Shown here in pieces: positions 51,790-60,313 of a stretch of 64,000 bases of DNA. The notes under the pieces were generated by a model that was not told where the DNA came from, ran no database searches, and was given only the letters and a program-made list of their open reading frames with translations. This DNA is from a virus: the IMG/VR virus record IMGVR_UViG_3300032117_000015, positions 18,149-82,148 of that record; one strand, given 5' to 3'. Within the stretch, counting starts at the first letter, position 1, and each line of letters begins with the position of its first letter. Position numbers and translations under genes: made by a program.

Positions 51790-52250
51790 ACCGCCAAATA
51801 AGCCTGCACAGGCGTTGTTAAAGTGCCCTTAAAGCTGGATCTCGGATCGCAGTCAATGGAATTCCTGCTTGGTGGCAGGGTTATAAATCACTATCCTTAA
51901 CAGGACGACGATGGAACGTGCCTTAAATCCGTTTGATTTATAAGAGAAAATTTTAAAAAGGCTAAAAGAGGGGTTGTAGCCCCACGTTTGTATGCATGTT
52001 AGCGTATGTATGCAAGCCGCCGTCATATAAAGACAGCATGAGCAGGTACCGGATGACCGCCTGTGTTTTAGTGCTAACGCTAAGTGATATTGTTCGACTC
52101 GGATAATGTTGTTTAACTTTGCCCGCTAGGGCAAAGTGTGACTGAACGATCTGGATAATATTTAAAACGCTTTGCGTTAATTATTCAGTTTAAAATAAAC
52201 AGATTAGTTCGAGCGAAAGCGAAGAACAGAAGAACGTAAGTTCTTCTTTA
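51790..52250 (+). ncRNA. candidate large structured non-coding RNA (about 460 nt); boundaries approximate
   Basis: Gap of about 500 nt with no ORF in the track. More than 10 helices can be drawn, many with G-U pairs valid only on the + strand, plus GNRA tetraloops and a 7-bp pseudoknot. Confidence 0.7.
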
Positions 52251-52257
52251 GTGTGTA

Positions 52258-52265
52258 GATAAATA
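52258..52265 (+). promoter_or_regulatory. late promoter GATAAATA
   Basis: Upstream of the ORF at 52287. Confidence 0.65.
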
Positions 52266-52286
52266 CCTTATAGGAAATCACGAATA

Positions 52287-53426
52287 ATGAAAGTTACTGA
52301 AATCATAGAGAATCCGCTTCAAGAATGGCTAACATTCGAAGCTACTGTCGGTGCTAATGCCGGAACAATAAGTCCTGGTGGAATTGCTATTCCTACTGGT
52401 TCTACTACACATTTACCTCCATCATCAACTCCTAAAGCAAGTGGTACAGGTAATTGGAAAAGTCCTCTTGGACCAATGCCTAAAACTAACATTGGTAAAA
52501 TGCTTTCTAAAGATCAAATTTGGTCTAAAGTAAAAACTACACTAGCATCAAGTCCTATTAATAAAGCACCTTTATCTAGCAAAGGTTTAAAAGTAGTTGG
52601 TAACTATATTCGTGTTGCACAATGGTTTAACTATTATGACTTCTTAGTTGAATACTGGAAAACTAAAGAAGTTATCGAACAAATGGTCAAGGATGGTCCA
52701 GATAAAGGTGGACTTTCAGAAGACGACGGTGAAGTAGCTATTAGATTACAACGTGAAAAACTATATGTTGACTTAATCAGTGGCGGCATTATTAATAGCA
52801 TCGTTATTAAAATGATCAAAGTCATTCCTCTTGCACGTTGGTTCAGCAGAGGAGCAGGCGCTTTACTTGAAATCTTCACAGGTGGGTTAGCTACTGCTGG
52901 TGTTGTTGGTGAAATATTGTTAGTTGAAGCAGTAACAGTATTATTACAAAAATGGTTAAACTCAGAAGATGGTAAACGTGTAATCACATGGTGTGTTTGC
53001 TATCTTATCGATCCAGGTGTTGAGTTGTTTTGGCAAATGGGATGTGAACGTTTCTTTGGAGAGTTAAAACACATGTCGACACAAGGTGATGAGAATCTTG
53101 AAAAAGGCAATAAAGTAAATGGAACTCCTGCATCGGATTTAATTACTAAGGCAGGTAACGCTGTTTCTGGCGCACTCGGCGGAGTGGCGGCTGGTGCAGG
53201 TGATTGGGTTTCAAAGAATGTTAGTAAAGATGCTGGAAAAGCTATTACGGATCTAGGAAAAGATAGTTCAAGTAGTAGTTCGTCTTCTAGTCCATCAACT
53301 CCGTCAGGATCTAAATCAAAAATAAATCAAACATCTGATGATGACAATGACGGACTTGATAAAACTAATATAAGAGTGAGAAGACCAGGCGACATTGATC
53401 AGAGTTTAATAAAACCTGGTAATTAA
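52287..53426 (+). CDS. late hypothetical protein with hydrophobic segments (possible internal virion protein)
   Basis: Late promoter, MKVTEIIE N-terminus, Gly/Ala-rich hydrophobic helices and a Ser-rich tail. Confidence 0.7.
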   Translation: MKVTEIIENPLQEWLTFEATVGANAGTISPGGIAIPTGSTTHLPPSSTPKASGTGNWKSPLGPMPKTNIGKMLSKDQIWSKVKTTLASSPINKAPLSSKGLKVVGNYIRVAQWFNYYDFLVEYWKTKEVIEQMVKDGPDKGGLSEDDGEVAIRLQREKLYVDLISGGIINSIVIKMIKVIPLARWFSRGAGALLEIFTGGLATAGVVGEILLVEAVTVLLQKWLNSEDGKRVITWCVCYLIDPGVELFWQMGCERFFGELKHMSTQGDENLEKGNKVNGTPASDLITKAGNAVSGALGGVAAGAGDWVSKNVSKDAGKAITDLGKDSSSSSSSSSPSTPSGSKSKINQTSDDDNDGLDKTNIRVRRPGDIDQSLIKPGN

Positions 53427-53656
53427 ATTAATGGCATTCCGGAAGATTTAGTAGCTTCCATATTTTCTTTAATAATTTCATTTATTAAATTAATATCTTC
53501 AAGTGAGTACGTGTGGAATAAGTCGTTAATATTAACTCCACCACGCATATACCAACTTAATCTAAATAAATTTTCTTTAAATAAGACGATTTCTTTTTCT
53601 AGCCTAACAAGATACTCTTCAATTTCTCTGTCAGTTAGTCTTGTTAGGCGCCAACG
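53423..53656 (-). CDS. -1 frame extension of the gp26-like gene (77 codons; gp51/GT-like)
   Basis: Open -1 frame directly after T TTT TTC: RWRLTRLTDREIEEYLVRLEKEIVLFKENLFRLSWYMRGG...SSGMPLI. Confidence 0.65.
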   Translation of the reverse strand, partial: RWRLTRLTDREIEEYLVRLEKEIVLFKENLFRLSWYMRGGVNINDLFHTYSLEDINLINEIIKENMEATKSSGMPLI

Positions 53657-54471
53657 AAAAAAGTTGTTTGATTAATCTCAATAGATATGTCGTCATCATG
53701 CTCACATGTAGAACACTTGACCTTAACTTTAGGCGTTTGCCATGCATTGTTATTAGCATCAAACTGTTTCTTGATTGAATCATACACATCTATGTCACAG
53801 TTATCTAAATATTCGTTAATAAAACTTTTTTCTGTTACTACTACATTCGGTAACTCTATTTGATCAATAGACTCTAACATGATTTTTCTTTGCAACTGTT
53901 TCATTTCTTCAAATAATGATTGGAATAATGCAATACGTTCTTCGTCTGATTCGACTCTATCAATCTGTGCAGATTTCTTTTGAATAGCAAAATTTTCTAA
54001 ACTAAATTTGTTAGATTCTTTAAATGTCAATGGTCTAATTTTAATAACTAGATCTCGTAATACGATTTTAGGATCAAATTGACATTTTTGAAAATGCTCT
54101 ATAAATGTTGATAAATCTAGATCGTATTGATTTTCTGCACCGCAATTTTCGCAAACATGTGGAACTTCGATTAAGTTATTATATGTGGCAATTCTTATTG
54201 CAGTTAACACATAGTCTATATCGTTGTTACATAGTTCCCAAGGATTAGAAACATCGGGACAGCAACTACCGATGACCTTTGCAACACTTTCTCCTGAAAG
54301 TAATGCATCTGGAGTTTTAAGTATAATTTCATCCATGCCTGTTAAACCAAATACAGCCATTTTTTCACTTGACTGAATTGTTCCTGGTTTACTATACAAT
54401 TTACTGATAGGTAAATCGATATAAATCTTAGGTTGTCTGAAATACTGCTGTAAAGGGTTGGATTTCGCCAT
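53644..54471 (-). CDS. baseplate hub assembly protein or tail assembly chaperone (T4 gp26-like)
   Basis: Start MAKSNPLQQYFRQPK after AGGAG. DEIILK, DIDYVLTAIRIAT, two CxxC pairs, and an FFVGA end. Confidence 0.75.
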   Translation of the reverse strand: MAKSNPLQQYFRQPKIYIDLPISKLYSKPGTIQSSEKMAVFGLTGMDEIILKTPDALLSGESVAKVIGSCCPDVSNPWELCNNDIDYVLTAIRIATYNNLIEVPHVCENCGAENQYDLDLSTFIEHFQKCQFDPKIVLRDLVIKIRPLTFKESNKFSLENFAIQKKSAQIDRVESDEERIALFQSLFEEMKQLQRKIMLESIDQIELPNVVVTEKSFINEYLDNCDIDVYDSIKKQFDANNNAWQTPKVKVKCSTCEHDDDISIEINQTTFFVGA

Positions 54472-54482
54472 ATTTGGCTCCT

Positions 54483-54508
54483 GATAAATATAATATATTG
54501 TATTTATA
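54483..54508. promoter_or_regulatory. face-to-face late promoter pair
   Basis: GATAAATA on + (54483-54490) and the exact T4 consensus TATAAATA on - (54501-54508). Confidence 0.7.
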
Positions 54509-54535
54509 TACGCAGTTTTTACCGGAAAAATAATA

Positions 54536-56458
54536 ATGAACACTTCTGATCCAGATTACAGACGTTGGGCCGACGCACAAGAAGAAACAAATAAACTACT
54601 TAGAAGACGAGCAGACAAGGGAGACGATGCTCCTTTAAGGTCATTCTTTGGCGGTATAATTAAAGGCGAAGGTACTATGGATGAGTTTTTTCGCAAATTT
54701 AGAGAATACAAAGCTGATTTAGAAGATTTAAACGATCAATATCGTGTCGCAACTTCGGTTGGTTTACTTAGCAACCGAAGTATGTATCAATTAGATGCCG
54801 ACTTAAAATCCGCTCATCTTAGTGTTAGTGAATTTAAACATGTTTTAGATTTTGCAGGAACTGTTAACTTTAGTAAATTTGGCGGAGGAATGAATCAGGC
54901 TACTGATAATTTCTTACAAATTTCCAGAGTTATGCAATCTTCTGGACTAACAACTTCCCTTCAACAGTTAGGTTTAAACTATCAAGAGCAAAACGAACTA
55001 TTAGCAATATCATTTGATAGACAAAAAGATAAGTTTGCTATAGAAAGAGGACCAGACGGCTTACCAAGAATTACTCAATCGTTAACCGACAGAATGGTTG
55101 AGCTAGGAAAAAACATTGCCCTTAACACGGATATTTTAGGAATATCAAGAGAAGATCAATTAAGAGCAATAGCACAACGTAACAGAGACGCAGAAACACA
55201 GTATGCTTATGAACATGCTAGCTCAGATGGATTGAAAAAATTTATATCTAGCCAGGGTCCTTTAATGGATGCGTTAAACAGTAACGAATTCAAGCGCCTT
55301 TCATTAGGGTACACTTTAAATTCTGAAGAGATGGCAAAATTAAGAGTACAATTTAAAGAAAATACTCCTGAAATGATGAGAGTTGCTAGTGAGATTGCTA
55401 GAGTTTCGCCTGATAAACAAGCACAAGAAACAACGGCTGTTAAATTACAAACAGCAATTGGTCATTTGCAAGATTCTATCAATAATCCAAGATCTGCAAA
55501 TGAAATGAAAAATATTTCCAGAATTCAGGAAAGTAGTCCAGAATACGGAGCAGGATTAGTAGCTGGAAGACAAATGGCTATGAATCTTCAAATACTAAAC
55601 GATCTACGTAAAAATGACAAAGGCGAAATAGTTAAAAGTCTCCAAGAAGTTATAAAAGAACAAGCAGACAAAGGTAAAAATGGACTAGTTGCTCCTGGAT
55701 CGGAAACACCTACTGCTGGACTAACTCCAGGGCAAAGAGCTACAGTACTAACCCAGGAGGCATTAAGTAGAGCGGCAGATGCACATGCATTAATGTCAAG
55801 AGGAATTGAAATGCTAGCAAATGATGTGTTAGGATCTGCAAAGTTAGGAGACAAACTTGTATTAGGGTTACGTCCTGAAGGTGCATTTGGACAGCAAGTT
55901 CAACTTAGAGCGGCACAAGATGTAGAAGCATCTATTTCTACATTTTTCCAGTGGATACTCGGCGAAAAAACTGCTGGGCAGATGGCAGATTCTCTTAAAA
56001 AATTATGGAACGATACTATAGGAACAGCTTTTGAAGAAGCTAAAAAAGTTTGGAACTCTGGAAATCAAAGAACTGATTCTAGATCGATTCCAAACACAGA
56101 ACCACCGAGAGCACATGCAAGCGGAACCATGGGTGTGTGGGGCGAATTATTTCACGATTTTAACCCTGCAGGCGAGTTACACTTTTTAGATGGAAAAGAA
56201 GCAGTATTAACTCCTCCTCAATTATCAGGCTTGATGAACAAAGTTACAAGCGATGCAATCGGCACACTACAACAATCTTTAGCAACACCAATACAAAATA
56301 CACCTACTGCTCAAATTGATGAACAGCATTTTGTAGACATAAAACAACTGCTAGGACAGTTAAATACACTAATGTCACATTTGCCAGGCATCGCTGACAC
56401 TATGGATAAACAATATAGTGCTCTGAAGAGCCTAAATAACGATGCACTTCAATCTTAA
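54536..56458 (+). CDS. tape-measure-like or baseplate hub helical protein
   Basis: Long, apparently helical sequence. The C-terminal HASGT...GELHFLDGKEAVLTP resembles tape-measure tails. Adjacent to the gp26-like gene. Confidence 0.55.
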   Translation: MNTSDPDYRRWADAQEETNKLLRRRADKGDDAPLRSFFGGIIKGEGTMDEFFRKFREYKADLEDLNDQYRVATSVGLLSNRSMYQLDADLKSAHLSVSEFKHVLDFAGTVNFSKFGGGMNQATDNFLQISRVMQSSGLTTSLQQLGLNYQEQNELLAISFDRQKDKFAIERGPDGLPRITQSLTDRMVELGKNIALNTDILGISREDQLRAIAQRNRDAETQYAYEHASSDGLKKFISSQGPLMDALNSNEFKRLSLGYTLNSEEMAKLRVQFKENTPEMMRVASEIARVSPDKQAQETTAVKLQTAIGHLQDSINNPRSANEMKNISRIQESSPEYGAGLVAGRQMAMNLQILNDLRKNDKGEIVKSLQEVIKEQADKGKNGLVAPGSETPTAGLTPGQRATVLTQEALSRAADAHALMSRGIEMLANDVLGSAKLGDKLVLGLRPEGAFGQQVQLRAAQDVEASISTFFQWILGEKTAGQMADSLKKLWNDTIGTAFEEAKKVWNSGNQRTDSRSIPNTEPPRAHASGTMGVWGELFHDFNPAGELHFLDGKEAVLTPPQLSGLMNKVTSDAIGTLQQSLATPIQNTPTAQIDEQHFVDIKQLLGQLNTLMSHLPGIADTMDKQYSALKSLNNDALQS

Positions 56459-56467
56459 GGATAATAG

Positions 56468-58216
56468 ATGAGCTGGAAAAAATATTTCACACCTGTAGCA
56501 GTTAACGGTGATGTACTAAGTCCTATCAGCGGGCAAAACGGAAGCCGTCCCGGTCCAGCACGTACTAATTACTCAAGCTATTTGCCAGATGTTTATACTG
56601 GTAGTCCAAACCGTGTTGAACGATATGCTCAGTATGAAGTTATGGATTCAGATCCAGAAGTTAATGCGGCTTTAGATATTCTTGCAGAATTTTGCACACA
56701 AAAATTAAAAGATTCAAAAAGTCCATTTGCAGTTAAGTGGCGTAGCAAAGCTACTAATGCTGAAATTAAAATTCTAGGTGAATACCTACAACAATGGAAT
56801 AAATTGCAACAGTTTGATACACGTATGTTCCGTATTGTACGCAATGTATTCAAATATGGAGATGCTTTCTTTATTCGCGATCCAGAAAATCAAAAATGGA
56901 CATGGGTCGACTCTGCACAAATTATTAAAGTCATTGTAAATGAAAGCGAAGGCAAGAAACCTGAGCAGTTTGTTATTAAAGATCTAGCACCTAACTTTGA
57001 AAAGTTAGTTGCAACAATGATTACTCCAACAGTTAATCCACGCCAAGGCGGACAGGGTTCACAAGGCGGCGGAGGTGCGTTTGGAGGTACTGGAAAGAAT
57101 GCAGGCGGTTCTACTCCTACACCGGGAAGCGCAGGACGCTTTGGATTAAATCAAAAAGAGTCTGCTGTCGATGCAGAACATGTTGTACACCTAAGTCTAA
57201 GTGAAGGTTTAGATAACAATTATCCATTTGGTAACAGTTTATTAGAAAATGTTTTTAAAGTTTACAAACAAAAAGAACTTTTAGAAGACGCAATTCTTAT
57301 CTATCGTATACAACGTGCTCCAGAACGCCGTGTTTTCCATATTGACGTAGGTAATATGCCTCCGCACTTGGCTATGGCATTCGTAGAACGTGTTAAGAAT
57401 GAAATACATCAACGCCGTATCCCAAGTCAGACAGGTGGCGGATCTAATGTTATTGACAGCGCATACAACCCTTTAAGTATTAATGAAGATTATTTCTTCC
57501 CTAAAACACCAGACGGTAAAGGTTCTGATGTAACAATGCTCGAAGGCGGTAAGAATATTGGTGAAATTGATGACTTGAAATACTTTACTAACAAGTTATT
57601 CCGCGGTTTACGTATTCCAAGTAGCTACTTGCCTACAGGACAAGACGATAGTCAAAGCAATTTTAACGATGGTCGTGTAGGAACTGCTTATATTCAAGAA
57701 CTACGCTTTAACAAATACTGTGAACGTTTACAAAGTCTATTGATTAGTGTATTCGACGAGGAGTTCAAACGTTTCATGTACGGTAAAGGCATGAACATTG
57801 ATCCTAATTTGTTTGAATTAAACTTCAATCCACCGATGAACTTTGCAAGTTCACGTCAAGCTACTATTGATGCTGAACGTATTAATACATTTAATACTAT
57901 TGTTGCAGTGCCTTTTATGTCAAAACGCTTTGCACTAAAACGTTTCCTAGCATTGTCAGACGAAGAAGTAGCAGAAAACGAACGTCTATGGGCTGAAGAA
58001 AACGGTAAAGGTGAGCCTACAAGTACAGATGCCGCAAGCGAATTGCGTGGCGCAGGTATTTCAGCTGGAGATATGGCTGGAGATATGGCTAGTGCTGAAG
58101 ATATGGAAGCTCCAGAAGATATGCAAACACCAGAAGCTGAACAAGGCGGTCCTAATCTAACCCCTCCATCAACTCAAATGGGTGCATCAGGATCTAATCC
58201 TGGACCGGTAGCATAA
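56468..58216 (+). CDS. gp20: portal protein (T4 gp20-like)
   Basis: LEDAILIYRIQRAPERRVFHIDVGNMP, EDYFFP, and IDDLKYFTNKLFRGLRIPSS. Confidence 0.95.
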   Translation: MSWKKYFTPVAVNGDVLSPISGQNGSRPGPARTNYSSYLPDVYTGSPNRVERYAQYEVMDSDPEVNAALDILAEFCTQKLKDSKSPFAVKWRSKATNAEIKILGEYLQQWNKLQQFDTRMFRIVRNVFKYGDAFFIRDPENQKWTWVDSAQIIKVIVNESEGKKPEQFVIKDLAPNFEKLVATMITPTVNPRQGGQGSQGGGGAFGGTGKNAGGSTPTPGSAGRFGLNQKESAVDAEHVVHLSLSEGLDNNYPFGNSLLENVFKVYKQKELLEDAILIYRIQRAPERRVFHIDVGNMPPHLAMAFVERVKNEIHQRRIPSQTGGGSNVIDSAYNPLSINEDYFFPKTPDGKGSDVTMLEGGKNIGEIDDLKYFTNKLFRGLRIPSSYLPTGQDDSQSNFNDGRVGTAYIQELRFNKYCERLQSLLISVFDEEFKRFMYGKGMNIDPNLFELNFNPPMNFASSRQATIDAERINTFNTIVAVPFMSKRFALKRFLALSDEEVAENERLWAEENGKGEPTSTDAASELRGAGISAGDMAGDMASAEDMEAPEDMQTPEAEQGGPNLTPPSTQMGASGSNPGPVA

Positions 58217-58223
58217 ATATAAT

Positions 58224-58472
58224 ATGATCTTAAGAGAATTGTTTTATATTGATCCTAATACTAGACATGTAGCAAATGATTTACGCTACGAGCCTAATCG
58301 CGATGATACAGTAATGCATCGTGACGATACACGTAAGACACGTTTAACATTAAGACAAATTAACGAACTACGTAAAAGCACAGAAGCACATATTCTAGAA
58401 CAAGAAAAAGAACTAGAATTCATAAACGATATGTATGCAACTCCAGCACCTGAAGCTGGAGCACCAGCATAA
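58224..58472 (+). CDS. small head-module protein
   Basis: Late motif CATAAATA (58212-58219) immediately upstream. Confidence 0.7.
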   Translation: MILRELFYIDPNTRHVANDLRYEPNRDDTVMHRDDTRKTRLTLRQINELRKSTEAHILEQEKELEFINDMYATPAPEAGAPA

Positions 58473-58484
58473 AATTAAAAAATC

Positions 58485-58508
58485 GGTCAAAACGACTCGT
58501 TTTTGACC
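58485..58508. other. intergenic inverted repeat
   Basis: GGTCAAAA-N8-TTTTGACC. Confidence 0.5.
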
Positions 58509-58584
58509 TATATTCCCCCACTTTTTTAACATAAGTGTAAATATTACACAGCCTTGTATCTACATAAACACAGGAGAACTTAAC

Positions 58585-59652
58585 ATGACTGACCGCGCTC
58601 AATTTGAAGCGATGCTTGAAGCGTTAATCAATGACGATCAACAAGCCGCAAAAGAAATTTTCCACAATATCGTAGTAGGAAAATCACGTGAAATCTACGA
58701 AGAATTATTAGCAGAAGACTTTAGTCAAGACACTGGTAATCCATACAAAGAAGCATCTGAAGACGACGATGAGCCTTTAGAAGAAGATGATATGGAAGAA
58801 GAAGGTGCTGAAGAAGGTGAAGACGACGGCGAAGAAGAAGATAAAGAAGAAAACCCATTCGGCGGCGATGACAGCGAAAAAGATGGTGAAGACGACGGCG
58901 AAGAAGATGGTGAAGACGACGGCGAAGAAGCACCAGACTTTGGCGGTGAAGAAGAAGGCGGTGAAGGTGACGGCGATATCGAAGATCGCGTAATGGACCT
59001 AGAAGACGCTTTAGAAGACCTAAAAGCAGAGTTTGAACAACTATTGCAAGGTGAAGAACACGAAGAAGAAAACGAACCAGGCATCCACGGTGACGGCGCT
59101 CCAATGCACGACATCGGTGCAGAAATGGGCGGCGATATGAGTGACATGGGCGGTGACGACCATGAAATGGACGAATTAGCTGACCTAATGGAATACGTAA
59201 ATCGTATTGGTGCTCCATATGAAGGCGGTAAAAACATCGCTGGTTCAACAGAAGGCGCACACGTTGGTGCTCAAGCTGGTTCAGTTACAAGTAACATGAA
59301 CAAAAGAAGTACTTTAGATGGTAGCATCGTAAACAATATGGGTGGTACAACTGCTAATATTGCACGTAACGATGTAGAAGTACATGGTGACGCAGGTGTT
59401 AAAGCTGGCGGAACAAAAGGCGGACTAGCTAGCCCAGATACTAAGCCACTAATTGGTAAAGTACAAAACACACCAGGCGGTGACGCAGGTAAAACAGGAT
59501 TCAAAAAGCAAGAACCAGGACATGGCGCTGAAAAGAAAGGCGAAAAACCAGGTCGTGAAGTTGGCGCTAAAGACTCAAACGGTCGCGGCGAAAGCAACAC
59601 ACAAAGCGTTTTACGTCAAGTAAAGCAAGCTGGTAAGAGCTCAAGATCATAA
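58585..59652 (+). CDS. highly acidic prohead core-like protein
   Basis: AGGAG RBS and D/E-rich composition. Sits between portal and protease, the T4 gp67/gp68 position. Confidence 0.7.
   Translation: MTDRAQFEAMLEALINDDQQAAKEIFHNIVVGKSREIYEELLAEDFSQDTGNPYKEASEDDDEPLEEDDMEEEGAEEGEDDGEEEDKEENPFGGDDSEKDGEDDGEEDGEDDGEEAPDFGGEEEGGEGDGDIEDRVMDLEDALEDLKAEFEQLLQGEEHEEENEPGIHGDGAPMHDIGAEMGGDMSDMGGDDHEMDELADLMEYVNRIGAPYEGGKNIAGSTEGAHVGAQAGSVTSNMNKRSTLDGSIVNNMGGTTANIARNDVEVHGDAGVKAGGTKGGLASPDTKPLIGKVQNTPGGDAGKTGFKKQEPGHGAEKKGEKPGREVGAKDSNGRGESNTQSVLRQVKQAGKSSRS
58882..58929 (+). repeat. 24-bp tandem repeat, two copies (DGEDDGEE)
   Basis: GATGGTGAAGACGACGGCGAAGAA occurs twice, with a near copy at 58813-58836. 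Confidence 0.85.
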
Positions 59653-59669
59653 AAAGAGACTAGTAAAAT

Positions 59670-60299
59670 ATGTCTTTATACCTCCGAGAGAATCTCAGTT
59701 TCAACGAAGCAAAAATGATCGTTGAATCTGATGACAAAGATGGGAAAAACTTATACATGTCCGGGATTTGCATCCAGGGCGGTATTAAAAACGCCAACCA
59801 GCGTGTTTATCCTGTGAGTGAGATTGGCAAGGCTGTCAAAACCCTTAATGATCAGATTCAAAACGGTTATTCAGTTCTCGGAGAAGTGGATCATCCAGAT
59901 GATCTAAAAATTAATTTGGACCGCGTAAGTCACATGATAGTTAATATGTGGATGGACGGTCCAAATGGTTACGGGAAGTTGAAAATACTTCCTACCCCAA
60001 TGGGACAACTAATTCGCACCATGCTTGAAAGTGGTGTTAAGTTAGGTGTCAGTTCACGCGGATCCGGAAACGTCAAAGATGACGGATCCGGTGAAGTATC
60101 AGATTTTGAGATTATCACAGTAGATATGGTAGCTCAACCTAGTGCTCCAGGAGCATATCCCACACCAATTTATGAACACTTGATGAATAATCGCGGTGGT
60201 CTAAATGCCTTACGCATAGCGCAAGAGGTTAAAGGAGATCCTAAAGCACAAAAATATCTCAAAGAGAGTTTATTAGCAATAATAAACAAACTCCAATAA
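59670..60299 (+). CDS. gp21: prohead protease (T4 gp21-like)
   Basis: NANQRVYP, GEVDHP, RVSH, GVSSRGSG and DMVAQPSAPGA. Confidence 0.95.
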   Translation: MSLYLRENLSFNEAKMIVESDDKDGKNLYMSGICIQGGIKNANQRVYPVSEIGKAVKTLNDQIQNGYSVLGEVDHPDDLKINLDRVSHMIVNMWMDGPNGYGKLKILPTPMGQLIRTMLESGVKLGVSSRGSGNVKDDGSGEVSDFEIITVDMVAQPSAPGAYPTPIYEHLMNNRGGLNALRIAQEVKGDPKAQKYLKESLLAIINKLQ

Positions 60300-60313
60300 C
60301 AAGGAGAATCATA

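Noticed and set aside
51783-52257. Group I intron, tRNA, tmRNA or CRISPR array as the identity of the non-coding gap
   Set aside because: The flanking genes look complete rather than split. I found no recognisable intron core, cloverleaf, tag ORF or repeat-spacer periodicity by eye. A covariance-model search is still needed.
54472-54543. ORF-track N-terminal extension of the gp26-like gene (also the extensions at 586, 1626, 2093, 9197 and 62662)
   Set aside because: Downstream ATGs have better SD or promoter context, and the extensions overlap promoters or neighbouring genes.
58813-58929. Tandem 24-bp repeats as a CRISPR-like or regulatory array
   Set aside because: They are in-frame coding repeats (DGEDDGEE) with no spacers.
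58721-59600. Long antisense ORFs (179, 170 and 109 aa) over the acidic head protein
   Set aside because: They are shadow frames produced by low-complexity GAA/GAC/GGC codons on the coding strand.
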